Origin: a virus
Reading direction: 5' to 3' (one strand)
DNA length: 64,000 nucleotides
Virus record (IMG/VR): IMGVR_UViG_3300046777_002658
Location: 132,878-196,877 of that record
Below are positions 16,797-26,797 of the stretch, piece after piece. The notes beneath the pieces were generated by a model. The model saw only the letters and a program-made list of their open reading frames with translations, made no database searches and was not told the DNA's origin. A program made the translations under genes and the position numbers. How positions within the stretch are numbered: the first letter of the stretch is position 1; each line of letters opens with the position of its first letter.

Positions 16797-16994
16797 ATGA
16801 AACTTGTACTGGGTGAAAACTTAGTAATAACTACAGACAATTGTATGTTTGAGTCTGAAAGAGGTAAATTACTGTTTTTCTTCTGTCACAACACTACAGT
16901 ACACAACTACACTGTGCAGAACAAAGAAAACTTAGTAGTTTGGCAGGGTAAAAACTTTAGAGAAGCATTAGAAGAATTTAATAACCTGGCATGA
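16797..16994 (+). CDS. Small protein, paralog family
   Basis: NYTVQNKENLVVWQGKNFREALEEFNNL. Confidence 0.7.
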   Translation: MKLVLGENLVITTDNCMFESERGKLLFFFCHNTTVHNYTVQNKENLVVWQGKNFREALEEFNNLA

Positions 16995-17809
16995 TTCAAG
17001 ACCTACCCAGAACCTATCAGAGGGAGCAACACCCTCTGATTGAATGTTCTTACACCTGTGAGCACTGCGAGTTAGGAAAGAGGAAGCAGCGGCTCAACCA
17101 GTTTCCTATAAGACCTAAAGACCCTAGACACTTTACTGTACCTGGTGCAGGACCGGATGACTTGAGTAAAGTTAGGTTAATTGTTTTGTCAGACCATTCT
17201 GGACACTATGAGAGTAATGAGAAGAATATTCACCCTATGGTTGATATGTCTTTGCAGCAGAATGAAAGGGTAAAAGGTATTCTTAAACCAAGAAACGCTG
17301 GGGCTTTCTTGAGAATGGCTCTAAACCTAATGTTTGGTTTAGATACCTACCATGACTGCTGGATTACTAATGCAGTCAAGTGCAACCCCTTTGACCAAAA
17401 GATTATTGAATCTAAGCATATAAAACCTTGCGTGTCGCAGTGGCTCACTAATGAGTTTCTTGTCTTGCAAGAACATTGTCCCAGTGCTCCTTTACTAGTT
17501 GCGGGTACTCAAGCCTTTAAAGCCTGCAAGCTAATGTTTAAACAGGAAAGAAAATTACTGGAGGAATATGGGCTAAACGGCTGTAGACGTAGAGGTAATA
17601 TCACACTAGGCGGTAGACCAGCAATTTTCACAGAAAATCCAGCTAAAATTTCGAGGGCAGAACCTAGAATTGAGTCTAGTATCACAGTTAAAGATGGGAT
17701 AACAACTGTTGATAGAAACGAATGGCTGTACCCACCTTTACCCGGCAGCCCTGTTGCTAGTTTTATTAATGACTTAAAGTTCCTAGAACCTTTTTTAAAT
17801 GGACACTGA
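16991..17809 (+). CDS. Uracil-DNA glycosylase family 4-like protein
   Basis: CEHCEL...VPGAG...IVLSDHSG...GAFL...WITNAVKCNP...IKPC. Confidence 0.75.
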   Translation: MIQDLPRTYQREQHPLIECSYTCEHCELGKRKQRLNQFPIRPKDPRHFTVPGAGPDDLSKVRLIVLSDHSGHYESNEKNIHPMVDMSLQQNERVKGILKPRNAGAFLRMALNLMFGLDTYHDCWITNAVKCNPFDQKIIESKHIKPCVSQWLTNEFLVLQEHCPSAPLLVAGTQAFKACKLMFKQERKLLEEYGLNGCRRRGNITLGGRPAIFTENPAKISRAEPRIESSITVKDGITTVDRNEWLYPPLPGSPVASFINDLKFLEPFLNGH

Positions 17810-17872
17810 AAACAACTGGAGCGGTTATAGCATATATAGAAATTCCTCCAGTCCCTCCAGAGTTTAAGGCAT

Positions 17873-18412
17873 ATGCTGATTAATGTTGACCAGTTGTGGA
17901 AACCAGCCAGTAATGCTCCAAAAGTTAGTGGTCTATACCTTTGTGTCTGTGAGGACACAAATAGACTAACCCCGTATTTATCTATCGGTTACTATGACGC
18001 TGACAGATTAGACAAACAAAAATCTTGGACTGCGGGGTATTTTGCTTCTACTAAAGTAACTTATTGGATGCCACTACCAGCCTTACCAGGTGCTGGAAAC
18101 TTAATGGAGATACCTTCAGAAGCAACCTTACAGCTTTATGGTTCAGACAGTGAGTTGGCTTGTATTAAAGTTGAAACCAGAGAAGGTCAAAGTGGTGCGG
18201 CTATCGCCGTTTTGATCAGAACAAGTTTTTCAGGCGAGGCTATGTCTGAAGCAGAAGAATTTGAGCAAGAACAAGTGGAAGATTTAGATGATGACACAGT
18301 AAGTGTTAATATCCAGCCTTATGCCAGTGAAGATGATAGCTACTGGATGACACACTACATGAGCTTTAAAGAAGCAGAAGATATACTAAATAAGGAGCCA
18401 AAAGATGAGTGA
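17873..18412 (+). CDS. Hypothetical protein, DUF551-like N-terminus and acidic C-terminus
   Basis: PKVSGLYL...VTYWMPLPALP. Confidence 0.6.
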   Translation: MLINVDQLWKPASNAPKVSGLYLCVCEDTNRLTPYLSIGYYDADRLDKQKSWTAGYFASTKVTYWMPLPALPGAGNLMEIPSEATLQLYGSDSELACIKVETREGQSGAAIAVLIRTSFSGEAMSEAEEFEQEQVEDLDDDTVSVNIQPYASEDDSYWMTHYMSFKEAEDILNKEPKDE

Positions 18413-20066
18413 GAGACTCTTGCTGGTTGATCACTACACAGAACTAGAAGAGTTTGAGTTAGTAGAAGAGAAGTTACTAACTGATCTGCCAGCTTATCAA
18501 CTCTACCTGCAAAGAACTAAAAAAGCCTTTGAGCAGACACTAGGTGAACTAGAGGTAAGACCTTATCAGTGGGAGTATGCTGCCTTGATGGCAGTCAGAC
18601 TCAGAAATATAATGGCTTACGAGATGGGCTGCGGAAAGAGTATAAGTGTGCTGCTATGCTTACAAGCCATTTACAGAACCTTCCGGGATAGAAGAGCTGG
18701 CTCTATCCATATACTTGTTCCTAACTTTTTGGCAGCCCAACGTTGGGTAGAAGAGTTAGAGCGATTGCGAGAGATGTCTGAACACTTTGAGCTAATCAAG
18801 TCAGAGAGAGACCTAGACACCTGTACAAAACCAATCATTATCTACTCCCTTGACTTTCCTAAAAACAGGTCAAAGCACAGAAAAGGAAGTGCTAGACCTT
18901 TTATCAGTCGGAGGTTAGCAAAACATTACCGACCAGCAATGGTAGTGATAGATGAAGTGCACAACTGCCAACCAGGAACTCAAAGAACCTCTCAGATTAA
19001 ATACTTGTTGAACAAAGCTAAAAGAGTGCTAGTCCTAACAGGTACTCCGTCTGAAGGTAAGTTAAGCGAGATTCATAACTTGTGTAATCTTGTTTATGGC
19101 AGACAGTGGCCATACTCTTCTGCACAGACCTTTTCAAAGATGTTTGGAACTAAAGAGCAATTGTCTACTAACTACTTATATGGTTCTAAATTGCAGGAGT
19201 CTTCTACAGTTAGGTATCTCCAGCACTTAGATTCTGAGAAGCTAGTTGAATACTACAGCCTGATAAAAAGGTTTATTCATAGAGTAAAGCTGACAGACCC
19301 AGAAGTGAGAAGGTGTATAACTATTCCTACTAGCACTTCTGTGATTCATAAGCTAGAGCCAACTTTGAACCAAAGGTCAACTCACTTAGGTTACACCTTA
19401 AAACATCAAAAAGCTTTAATAATGGCTAGTCAGGCTGTAGGTGCAAAGCAGAAAGCAGAGGCTTTAAGGTTGTTGTATCCACTAATAGCCCTGTGTAACC
19501 ATAACGCTGAAAGCCCCAAGCTCGTTGCCAGTGGTGAGATAATCCAGGAAGCAGTAGGCAAGGTAGTGGTATTCTGCGCTTATGTTAAGTCAGCAGCGTT
19601 GATAACGGAGTATCTGCAAAACCTGTTGGGAGTAGATAGTGTTATTAGAGTTTATGCAACTGACGAAAGTGTTGAGAAAAAGAAGCTGTCGAGTGATGAG
19701 CGTGTTGTACTTGTAGATAGATTCCAGTTTGACACTACAGTTAAAGTAGGAGTGTTTTCTATTAACCTGGCAGGGGAGTCAATTAACTTGACTGCTGCTA
19801 GTGATGTTATCTACTACTGTCCGCCTTGGTCTGTTAAGAAACTTAGACAATCAATGTATAGGGCAGTGAGAGCTGGTAACAAACATCCAGAAGTAAAACT
19901 ACACTTTCTTTACCACAGAGGGCTAGTAGACGAACATCAGGTAGTGTTAGCCACCCAAAAAATAAGAGGAAGTAAGCTCTTAGAAGACTATGATGTAGAT
20001 AGTGAACCAACAACTGAACTAACTCAAACAGAAGTTCTCAAAAAACTTCTTGCAACATCTAACTAA
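18405..20066 (+). CDS. SNF2-like SF2 helicase
   Basis: RPYQ, YEMGCGKS, VIDEVH, LTGTP, GESINLTAA, QSMYRAVRAG. Confidence 0.88.
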   Translation: MSERLLLVDHYTELEEFELVEEKLLTDLPAYQLYLQRTKKAFEQTLGELEVRPYQWEYAALMAVRLRNIMAYEMGCGKSISVLLCLQAIYRTFRDRRAGSIHILVPNFLAAQRWVEELERLREMSEHFELIKSERDLDTCTKPIIIYSLDFPKNRSKHRKGSARPFISRRLAKHYRPAMVVIDEVHNCQPGTQRTSQIKYLLNKAKRVLVLTGTPSEGKLSEIHNLCNLVYGRQWPYSSAQTFSKMFGTKEQLSTNYLYGSKLQESSTVRYLQHLDSEKLVEYYSLIKRFIHRVKLTDPEVRRCITIPTSTSVIHKLEPTLNQRSTHLGYTLKHQKALIMASQAVGAKQKAEALRLLYPLIALCNHNAESPKLVASGEIIQEAVGKVVVFCAYVKSAALITEYLQNLLGVDSVIRVYATDESVEKKKLSSDERVVLVDRFQFDTTVKVGVFSINLAGESINLTAASDVIYYCPPWSVKKLRQSMYRAVRAGNKHPEVKLHFLYHRGLVDEHQVVLATQKIRGSKLLEDYDVDSEPTTELTQTEVLKKLLATSN

Positions 20067-20092
20067 AAAAAGAACAAAGAAGGAATAAAACT

Positions 20093-20380
20093 ATGCAGTT
20101 TGTTAGTCTAAATGATATGCCAGAAGAGTTTCAAAACATGATTAAAAAACAATACGTAGAAGCAACTTCAAACGTAAAACCCTATGGTGTTGTATACCAA
20201 GAGGCATACCAAAGCTTAGGGGGTATGATAACGCAGTTAATTGCAGCTATGAATGTTTTAGAAGAAGCTCAAAACGTTAATGATGTTAATCTTTCTCGCA
20301 TCATAATGAACTCAGCAGCAGAAAAGCTGGGTGGCATGGTTAAAACTTTAGATGCAAGCATTTTAAGAGTGAAAGAGTAA
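20093..20380 (+). CDS. Hypothetical protein
   Basis: Follows a motif copy; TAATG overlap with the next gene. Confidence 0.7.
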   Translation: MQFVSLNDMPEEFQNMIKKQYVEATSNVKPYGVVYQEAYQSLGGMITQLIAAMNVLEEAQNVNDVNLSRIIMNSAAEKLGGMVKTLDASILRVKE

Positions 20381-21507
20381 TGCACAATCATTCCTACGCT
20401 AAAGTTCCGAAGCGTTGGGATGATTACTTCTGCGGCTCTGCAGCCAATCAAGCGGAAGTCAATTATCTAAAACGTGTAGTGACCCAGGGTGTTAAAGCTA
20501 TCCCCAGGTCACTTTTTATTGCTGGCAAGTCAGGTACAGGCAAGACCTCCCTTGCTCTTCTATTTATTAAGTCTTTCAAGTGCTTAAGAAGAAAGCCTGG
20601 TGAGTATGAGCCTTGTGGGGAATGCGAGTCTTGTAAAGACATTGACGTCAGATTATCAGATAGAACTCTTTCTGGCGTAGTATGGGTTCAGCCAGGAGCT
20701 TACACAGAAGAAACGCTTAACCAAAGTGTTAAGGTTGCTCTGCAGACAGCAGCAAAGGGAGCGGCTAACACAGGTAATGCTGATGGCGACGTACTATTTG
20801 TTGTTTTTGATGAATGGCAAGAGTTTGCCAGGAACCTACGCCAACAGGTGCTGCTAAGAACAGAGATAGAAGTTCCAGGAAACCATGTATGTTATATCTT
20901 TCTAACCATGCGAGAGGAAGATTTAGCAGAAGAAGACAGGATTGCATTGATCAGAAGGTCTGGCAGCGGTGTTATTAGATTAGGTACATTGCCAGACTAT
21001 GAGATAGCTAGATTCTTGATTAAAACTTACCCTGATATAAACCATGAGTCAGCACAGATACTGGCTGCTGGTTCTAAAGGTAGATTAGGGTTGGCTACAG
21101 CAATGTACGACTCGGCAGTGCAGAAGTTTGATGAAGTGAGCCCAGAGGTAGCAGCATACATAGCACAAGCAGCTACAGATCACTGGAGATGGGAGTTATG
21201 GCAAAAACTACAAGAAGGCTATAACTTTCAAGTTTTAATATCATTGCTAAAAAGCTTGCTAGAGATTGTCAGCTCCACGCAATTATGTCAACAGATGCAA
21301 GAAGACATATTACAGACATCAGCAATGACAGAGAACTTTTCCTCTGACCAAATGTTTGCTTTAAGTTTATTAACCCAGTATGAGCTGGCTAGTAAATCTG
21401 TTAACTTTGTAAGCTATATACTTCAGTTGTCTAAGCTTAAACTTGTCGAGCAGAATGCTGTTATGCGCCATAAGCATTTGGAGCTGACAGATTATGTTAA
21501 TCTCTGA
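20380..21507 (+). CDS. dnaX: DnaX (gamma/tau)-like clamp-loader ATPase
   Basis: PKRWDDYFCG, LFIAGKSGTGKTS, C...PCGECESC zinc motif, VVFDE, LIRRS. Confidence 0.85.
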   Translation: MHNHSYAKVPKRWDDYFCGSAANQAEVNYLKRVVTQGVKAIPRSLFIAGKSGTGKTSLALLFIKSFKCLRRKPGEYEPCGECESCKDIDVRLSDRTLSGVVWVQPGAYTEETLNQSVKVALQTAAKGAANTGNADGDVLFVVFDEWQEFARNLRQQVLLRTEIEVPGNHVCYIFLTMREEDLAEEDRIALIRRSGSGVIRLGTLPDYEIARFLIKTYPDINHESAQILAAGSKGRLGLATAMYDSAVQKFDEVSPEVAAYIAQAATDHWRWELWQKLQEGYNFQVLISLLKSLLEIVSSTQLCQQMQEDILQTSAMTENFSSDQMFALSLLTQYELASKSVNFVSYILQLSKLKLVEQNAVMRHKHLELTDYVNL

Positions 21508-22375
21508 AATACTACCCCAAATAAAGCCTGGATGTGTTTATGTAACTTTAGGTACTATAGAGCAGCTTGCTTGGATTTGTAGAAACTTAGGTCTGGAACC
21601 AGAGTTACTATATGAGCCCCCTACTAAACTTATTAGAACCAACTTAGAGTATTCAAGTTTTGAATATAAAGCTTGGATAATTCAAGCCAAAGACTTAAAA
21701 GGTACTGGGTTAAAAGGTACAGTGTTAAATGATTATTTGCTTCCTACAGACTCCTTCTTTTATGTACACCAAGATAACTATGCCTTTATTAGTGTATGTG
21801 GTCTAGAGGGAGAAGTAGAAGACAAACAAGTTACAGCAGCTAAGAAACTAGAAGGAGGGTGCTATAAGCTGCTGGACTTAAGAAGGATAGAAGACTTGCC
21901 AGCTTACCCTTATGTAGCAGAGCATGAGCTAAAATATAGTAAGGTAATTCAGACAGGCAGGTCTTCTTTGTGTCCTGAGCAAAGTTTAATAGATAGCTTA
22001 AACACTATTGAAGGAGTAAAAAGGTGGGGTAACTTTACTAATGGTGAATTAAGAAAGTGGTTTGTAACCCCTGGTATTGCTGAACCAGTCCTGTTAAAGC
22101 AATTCAGGGCTCAGTCTTTAATACCATATATTATGCCTTTTTTAGGGCAAGTAGAAGAGCAGTGGTCAACAGGTAAGCAAAGTGTAATCCTTAAAAAGTT
22201 TGCTTTGTGGGTGTATCTGTCTACAGAGTATTGGACAAAAGGTTCTGACAGAGGTCTTGTAAAAAAAGCTTCGGGTAAAGAGCTGATCAACTTTTACTTT
22301 TACCCATCTCAAAAAGCTAGAGAAGAGTGGTTAGTAGCACTGGGGCTACAACCCAGCAAGAAAAAAGAACAATGA
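21494..22375 (+). CDS. Hypothetical protein, possibly a clamp-loader accessory subunit
   Basis: Position and size after dnaX only. Confidence 0.45.
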   Translation: MLISEILPQIKPGCVYVTLGTIEQLAWICRNLGLEPELLYEPPTKLIRTNLEYSSFEYKAWIIQAKDLKGTGLKGTVLNDYLLPTDSFFYVHQDNYAFISVCGLEGEVEDKQVTAAKKLEGGCYKLLDLRRIEDLPAYPYVAEHELKYSKVIQTGRSSLCPEQSLIDSLNTIEGVKRWGNFTNGELRKWFVTPGIAEPVLLKQFRAQSLIPYIMPFLGQVEEQWSTGKQSVILKKFALWVYLSTEYWTKGSDRGLVKKASGKELINFYFYPSQKAREEWLVALGLQPSKKKEQ

Positions 22376-22403
22376 ATGAATTAACAACCAAGGAATTTAA
22401 ATT

Positions 22404-23786
22404 ATGACAGGTTTGGTAAAGCTGCAGGAACTTGATTTATCCGTAGACTTAGAGTTTGATGAAGACCCAGAACACTTGCCTCAAGCCCTGCGCGAAGGGC
22501 AGAATGTATCTATTGATAACGAGTGGAGAGCGCACCGCACTACTAGCATTAAACTTTCAAACAAGATTGAATGGAGTCATCCAGTTTCGGCTAAAGTCCG
22601 GGATGAAGCTAAAGCAAAAGGTACTCCTTTGCATACAGAAGTAACCCAGGCTCACTACATTACTGCCTTACGTGGTATTCCTTTAGAGTTTCAGTATGGT
22701 GCAGCTTTAGTGGATGGTCGTGATAAGGACAACTTCAAACCCATCTGCAACACCACAAGAGCTGTAGAGCATCTAGGAGAACAATCAACAGATGTGGTTG
22801 ATAAGCAACCACTTCGCTTTCCTTTTGGTCAGGTACACCAATCAAAGAAAGAACCCCATACCTATAGTAAATCTCTCGATAAAGACTACTTGGTGGTATA
22901 CGGCAGTCGAGGTCCTGTAGGTTTAGCAGAAGGAGAAGCTTTCTCAACTCCTCGCACCTGCAAGTCGTGTGTTGAAGCTGGTGAGCATTATCTTGGTACT
23001 CAAGAGCAGTTTCTAGACCCTAACTCTAGTACCCCTAAGTGTAGTATGAGAGGTTCTGTACTGTTTGCTGTATTCGAGATAGGTCTTTTAGATACGTCTG
23101 GTGAGTTAGACGGTGAGCCCTCTAAGATTAACTGGGTGTCTATTGCTGATGCCAGACTAAGAACAATGGAAGGTGTAGAAGAGGGAGGAAAGCCAGTTCC
23201 TCTTGTCCGTCCTTTTATTATCAAGCTAGAGGGTTTGAGCAAGGTAGTTCATGCACCTATCGGAACAGGTAACTTTGAAACTAATATTCTTAACCAGCCC
23301 TACCAACCTGATGAGATTTACTCAGTTGGTGACTACTTTGAGTATCTTAGAGACCCTAAATACAGAGGTCAGAGAAGCAAGGTTTTAAAGAGCACTGGGG
23401 ATGTTGTGTTCCCAGTAATCACAGAGATTCATGCAGGAGAGAAGTTTAAAGTTGAATACAATGCTACTCATATGCCTGTGTTCCACCCTGTTACAACTTT
23501 AGATAAACTACCAGCAGATAGTCCTTGGAAAGATGCTTTACGTTTGGCTTTACAGATTAGAAAGCTAGAAGTAGAAGTAGCTAATGGTAAAGCTAGTTTT
23601 GAGTCTGCTCAAGTAGTGAATTTGAAGGAAGCAGGTTTTACACCAAGCTTACCGGAAGCAGCCTCAAAGGTTGTTGAGAAGACTGTAAAAAAAGCAGAGG
23701 ATAAAGCTGTCCCTAAAGCCTCTTCTTCTGTGTTTGCTGCTTTTCAGTCCCGGAGTACAAGCACAATACCAGCTGTTGAAGAGTAA
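22404..23786 (+). CDS. Hypothetical protein (460 aa) with Ala/Lys-rich tail
   Basis: Long ORF followed by a terminator; function not recognised. Confidence 0.7.
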   Translation: MTGLVKLQELDLSVDLEFDEDPEHLPQALREGQNVSIDNEWRAHRTTSIKLSNKIEWSHPVSAKVRDEAKAKGTPLHTEVTQAHYITALRGIPLEFQYGAALVDGRDKDNFKPICNTTRAVEHLGEQSTDVVDKQPLRFPFGQVHQSKKEPHTYSKSLDKDYLVVYGSRGPVGLAEGEAFSTPRTCKSCVEAGEHYLGTQEQFLDPNSSTPKCSMRGSVLFAVFEIGLLDTSGELDGEPSKINWVSIADARLRTMEGVEEGGKPVPLVRPFIIKLEGLSKVVHAPIGTGNFETNILNQPYQPDEIYSVGDYFEYLRDPKYRGQRSKVLKSTGDVVFPVITEIHAGEKFKVEYNATHMPVFHPVTTLDKLPADSPWKDALRLALQIRKLEVEVANGKASFESAQVVNLKEAGFTPSLPEAASKVVEKTVKKAEDKAVPKASSSVFAAFQSRSTSTIPAVEE

Positions 23787-23810
23787 AACAGTTTAGCAAG
23801 AGTTAGTAAA

Positions 23811-23832
23811 GGGGCTTAAAGCCCCTATTTTT
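23811..23832 (+). terminator. Intrinsic terminator
   Basis: GGGGCTTAAAGCCCC followed by TATTTTT. Confidence 0.75.
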
Positions 23833-25326
23833 ATGATCAAAATATCTTTTAATGGAGCTAGAGCAACAATTACTGGTAGCTCAAAAGAGCTAGACTTTAA
23901 GCTCAAAGAGTTACTATCCTGGATTGATAAGAAGCTTGAGAGAGCAGCCTACTACCAAAAATGGACTCCTCCAAACCCTAAAAAGTCTTGCTACGACCCT
24001 AAGACCAAATCTTTCCCGACCGGTCTTCTTCCAAAAGTCACAAGGTTTTTAGATGACATTCTTGTAAAGTATGAACTAGAGCAACTCTACAAATGGGAAC
24101 CCCACACACCTTGGGAACTACCAGAGTGGGCATGGGACCACCAAAGACTAGTAGTTAAAACTGCCCTAAACCACCAAAGGCTAATGGTAAGCTCTCCTAC
24201 AGCCAGCGGAAAGTCTAAGTCTATGTGTTGGACTATCCTGCAGTATTCAACTCAGAAGGTTTTGGTTACTGTTCCGCAGAAAGAGCTAATGTACTCTTTA
24301 ACCAAACAACTAGCTGAGTTTACAGATGAACCTATTGGTCAAGTCGGTGACAGTAAGTCTAACTGGCAAAGAGTAACTATAGGAATTATGAACTCTCTCT
24401 CTATTCATGCTGCTGGTAAGTTTGCTAAAGAGATGACAGAAGTTCAAGTGCTACTAGGAGATGAGTGTCATACAGGTGCTTGTGATATGTTTATAAACAT
24501 CAGTAACGCCTGTGTTAACACTTTTTTTAGAGCAGGTTTTAGTGCTACAGTTTTCAGAGAAGATGGAGCTGACCTTGTTTTAGAAGGGGTGTTTGGACCA
24601 TTAGCTCTCAAAATACCAGAGATGGAAATGGTGGGTAAAGGAGTAAGTCACAAACCAGATGTTAGGTTTGTTAAAGTACCAGCACCAGATGTCATCTACT
24701 CTACTGCTGTGATGAAGAAAGGTAAGCCAGAGTATCCAAATGGTAAGCCTAACCAGCGCGAGGTTATGCTAACAGCTATTTGCCAGAACCAACTTCGCAA
24801 CGAACTGATCGTTGAAATTGTTAAAAAGTATCTAGAGTTTAATAAGCAGTCGCAAGTCCTGATTTTGGTAACAGAAATAGACAATCACGGTATACCACTA
24901 CAACAAACTTTTGCTGATAGAGGTTTAGAGATACCTTTTGTGCATAGTCAACTACAACCAAAATCAAAGAGAGAGAGACTTGTGAAGCAGTTCTCAAACT
25001 GTGAGATAAGAGTTTTGCTCTCCTCTCCAGCATTAAATGTTGGAGTAGACTTCCCAAGCGTTGGTTTAACTATTAATGCAGCCGCAGGTAGTGGAAAGAT
25101 TGGCATTACTCAAAAAACTGGTAGGGGTGTTAGAACTGACAAGTCTGGTAGAAAAACAAGAGCTGTACAGGTAGACTTTTGGGATGAAGAGCCTTACTTC
25201 TACAACAACCAAGCAAGGAAAAGGCTTGCACATTTAAATAGTTTGTACCCAGAATGCTCAAAAATAGTATCAGTTCAGGAGCTGTTTAATGAGTTTAAGG
25301 TTGGAAGAGATACTAGCTCAAGCTGA
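23833..25326 (+). CDS. UvsW-like SF2 DNA helicase
   Basis: SPTASGKS, GDECH, GFSAT, LNVGVDFP, QKTGRGVR. Confidence 0.9.
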   Translation: MIKISFNGARATITGSSKELDFKLKELLSWIDKKLERAAYYQKWTPPNPKKSCYDPKTKSFPTGLLPKVTRFLDDILVKYELEQLYKWEPHTPWELPEWAWDHQRLVVKTALNHQRLMVSSPTASGKSKSMCWTILQYSTQKVLVTVPQKELMYSLTKQLAEFTDEPIGQVGDSKSNWQRVTIGIMNSLSIHAAGKFAKEMTEVQVLLGDECHTGACDMFINISNACVNTFFRAGFSATVFREDGADLVLEGVFGPLALKIPEMEMVGKGVSHKPDVRFVKVPAPDVIYSTAVMKKGKPEYPNGKPNQREVMLTAICQNQLRNELIVEIVKKYLEFNKQSQVLILVTEIDNHGIPLQQTFADRGLEIPFVHSQLQPKSKRERLVKQFSNCEIRVLLSSPALNVGVDFPSVGLTINAAAGSGKIGITQKTGRGVRTDKSGRKTRAVQVDFWDEEPYFYNNQARKRLAHLNSLYPECSKIVSVQELFNEFKVGRDTSSS

Positions 25327-25639
25327 GTTGATGTGTAGAGATGTTAAACCAGCATCTCTTGTCATTAATAAGAAAGAAAAAAGAACAAAGGATGAAGGGC
25401 AAAAACTCAGACTAGTTGTCACCCCAAGACTATCTTTTCTTAGAGCTGTCAGTCATGCTTCTAAAGTTGGGTTAATTAAGCTAGAGGATGAAGTAGCAAC
25501 AAGGATTTCTGATGCGATCGCTCCTCAAAGCATTGGAGAGTTGGTGGTGCCTGACAACTTTGATTTGACTACTATCCAACAGTTAATTAATACCTATGAC
25601 TTTGCAGAGTTTGAGAATAACAATTCAATCAAGGTTTAG
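25289..25639 (+). CDS. Hypothetical protein
   Basis: ORF track; start uncertain. Confidence 0.5.
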   Translation: MSLRLEEILAQAELMCRDVKPASLVINKKEKRTKDEGQKLRLVVTPRLSFLRAVSHASKVGLIKLEDEVATRISDAIAPQSIGELVVPDNFDLTTIQQLINTYDFAEFENNNSIKV

Positions 25640-25696
25640 TAAGGTTTTCTGAAAAAGCAAAAGAAGTAAACAATCAATAGTGAGAAAATAAAAAAT

Positions 25697-26653
25697 ATGA
25701 CTCATCAGTTTGAAAGTGGAATGTTTGTGAAAGTTCCAGCATGGCACGGGCTGGGCACTGTTATCAAGGATAAGGTATATAGCTCTGAAGAGGCTTTGAG
25801 ACTAGCAGGTGCAGACTGGACTGTCTCTCTTCAAACTATGAAAGTTGGGGATAGAGAAGTTCCTAATAGTAAAGCTGTGCAAAGAGACGACACAGGAGCA
25901 ATTATTGGGGTTGTTGGTAGCAGTTATGTTCTCAAGCAGAATAAGGATGCTTTTAGGTTCTTTGACCCTTTCTTACATGAAAAGGATTGCTATATATCTA
26001 CTGCAGGAGTTTTGAGCGGTGGTAAGAAAGTATTTATAACTGCTGAGATTGAAACAAGCAACAATGAGATTGTAGACGGAGATGAGATAAAAAACTATCT
26101 TCTTTTGGCTAACGCTCATGATGGCTCTATGAAGCTGACAACTAAGTTTGTGACAGAAAGAGTTGTCTGTGCAAACACTTTAAGAGTAGCACTGGCAGAA
26201 GGAGGAGCTTTCAGGTCTGTCTCCCATACCTCTTCAATGGATTCTAAGTTGAGTCAAATTCAAGCTTCCTTATCCTTAGCTAAAAAAAGCTTTGAAGACA
26301 CTGCTATGCGTTACCAACAATTAGCAGCAACTAACTTATCTACAGAACAGTTTCGTGGATATCTTGAAAGTCTATTTACAGATGACTTAAAGAAAGCTAG
26401 TGACAGACTTGAAAGGACAGCAAACCTAGAGGATGTTAGAGCCTGCAGGAAGATTCTTAACGCCTATGACAACACTCCTGACTTACAACTAAATGGTGTG
26501 CGTGGCACTGCTTGGGCGGCAGTAAATTCTGTTTCTGAATTTTTAACCCATGAAAAGAGTAAAAACACAGACAGTAGATACAACTCCTTGTGGTTTGGCA
26601 GCGATGCTAACTTGTTAGATAAAGCTGAAAAACTGGCTTTTGCTTTTGTGTAG
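25697..26653 (+). CDS. DUF932/DUF945-family phage protein
   Basis: PAWHGLG, AGVLSGGKKVF, YLLLANAHDGS, RVVCANTL, GTAWAAVNSVSEF. Confidence 0.88.
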   Translation: MTHQFESGMFVKVPAWHGLGTVIKDKVYSSEEALRLAGADWTVSLQTMKVGDREVPNSKAVQRDDTGAIIGVVGSSYVLKQNKDAFRFFDPFLHEKDCYISTAGVLSGGKKVFITAEIETSNNEIVDGDEIKNYLLLANAHDGSMKLTTKFVTERVVCANTLRVALAEGGAFRSVSHTSSMDSKLSQIQASLSLAKKSFEDTAMRYQQLAATNLSTEQFRGYLESLFTDDLKKASDRLERTANLEDVRACRKILNAYDNTPDLQLNGVRGTAWAAVNSVSEFLTHEKSKNTDSRYNSLWFGSDANLLDKAEKLAFAFV

Positions 26654-26660
26654 TTTATCA

Positions 26661-26681
26661 GGGGTTTTACTAACCCCTTTT
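26661..26681 (+). terminator. Intrinsic terminator
   Basis: GGGGTT-TTACT-AACCCC followed by TTTT. Confidence 0.7.
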
Positions 26682-26797
26682 CTATGAGTAAACCTAAAAT
26701 AATAGGTCTGTACACTTCTCTTGCTTACGTTATCTATCTTGATAAAAAGTTGATATACCAAGCAGGTAACTCTCCATTAGAGTCGCAGGTATATCTG

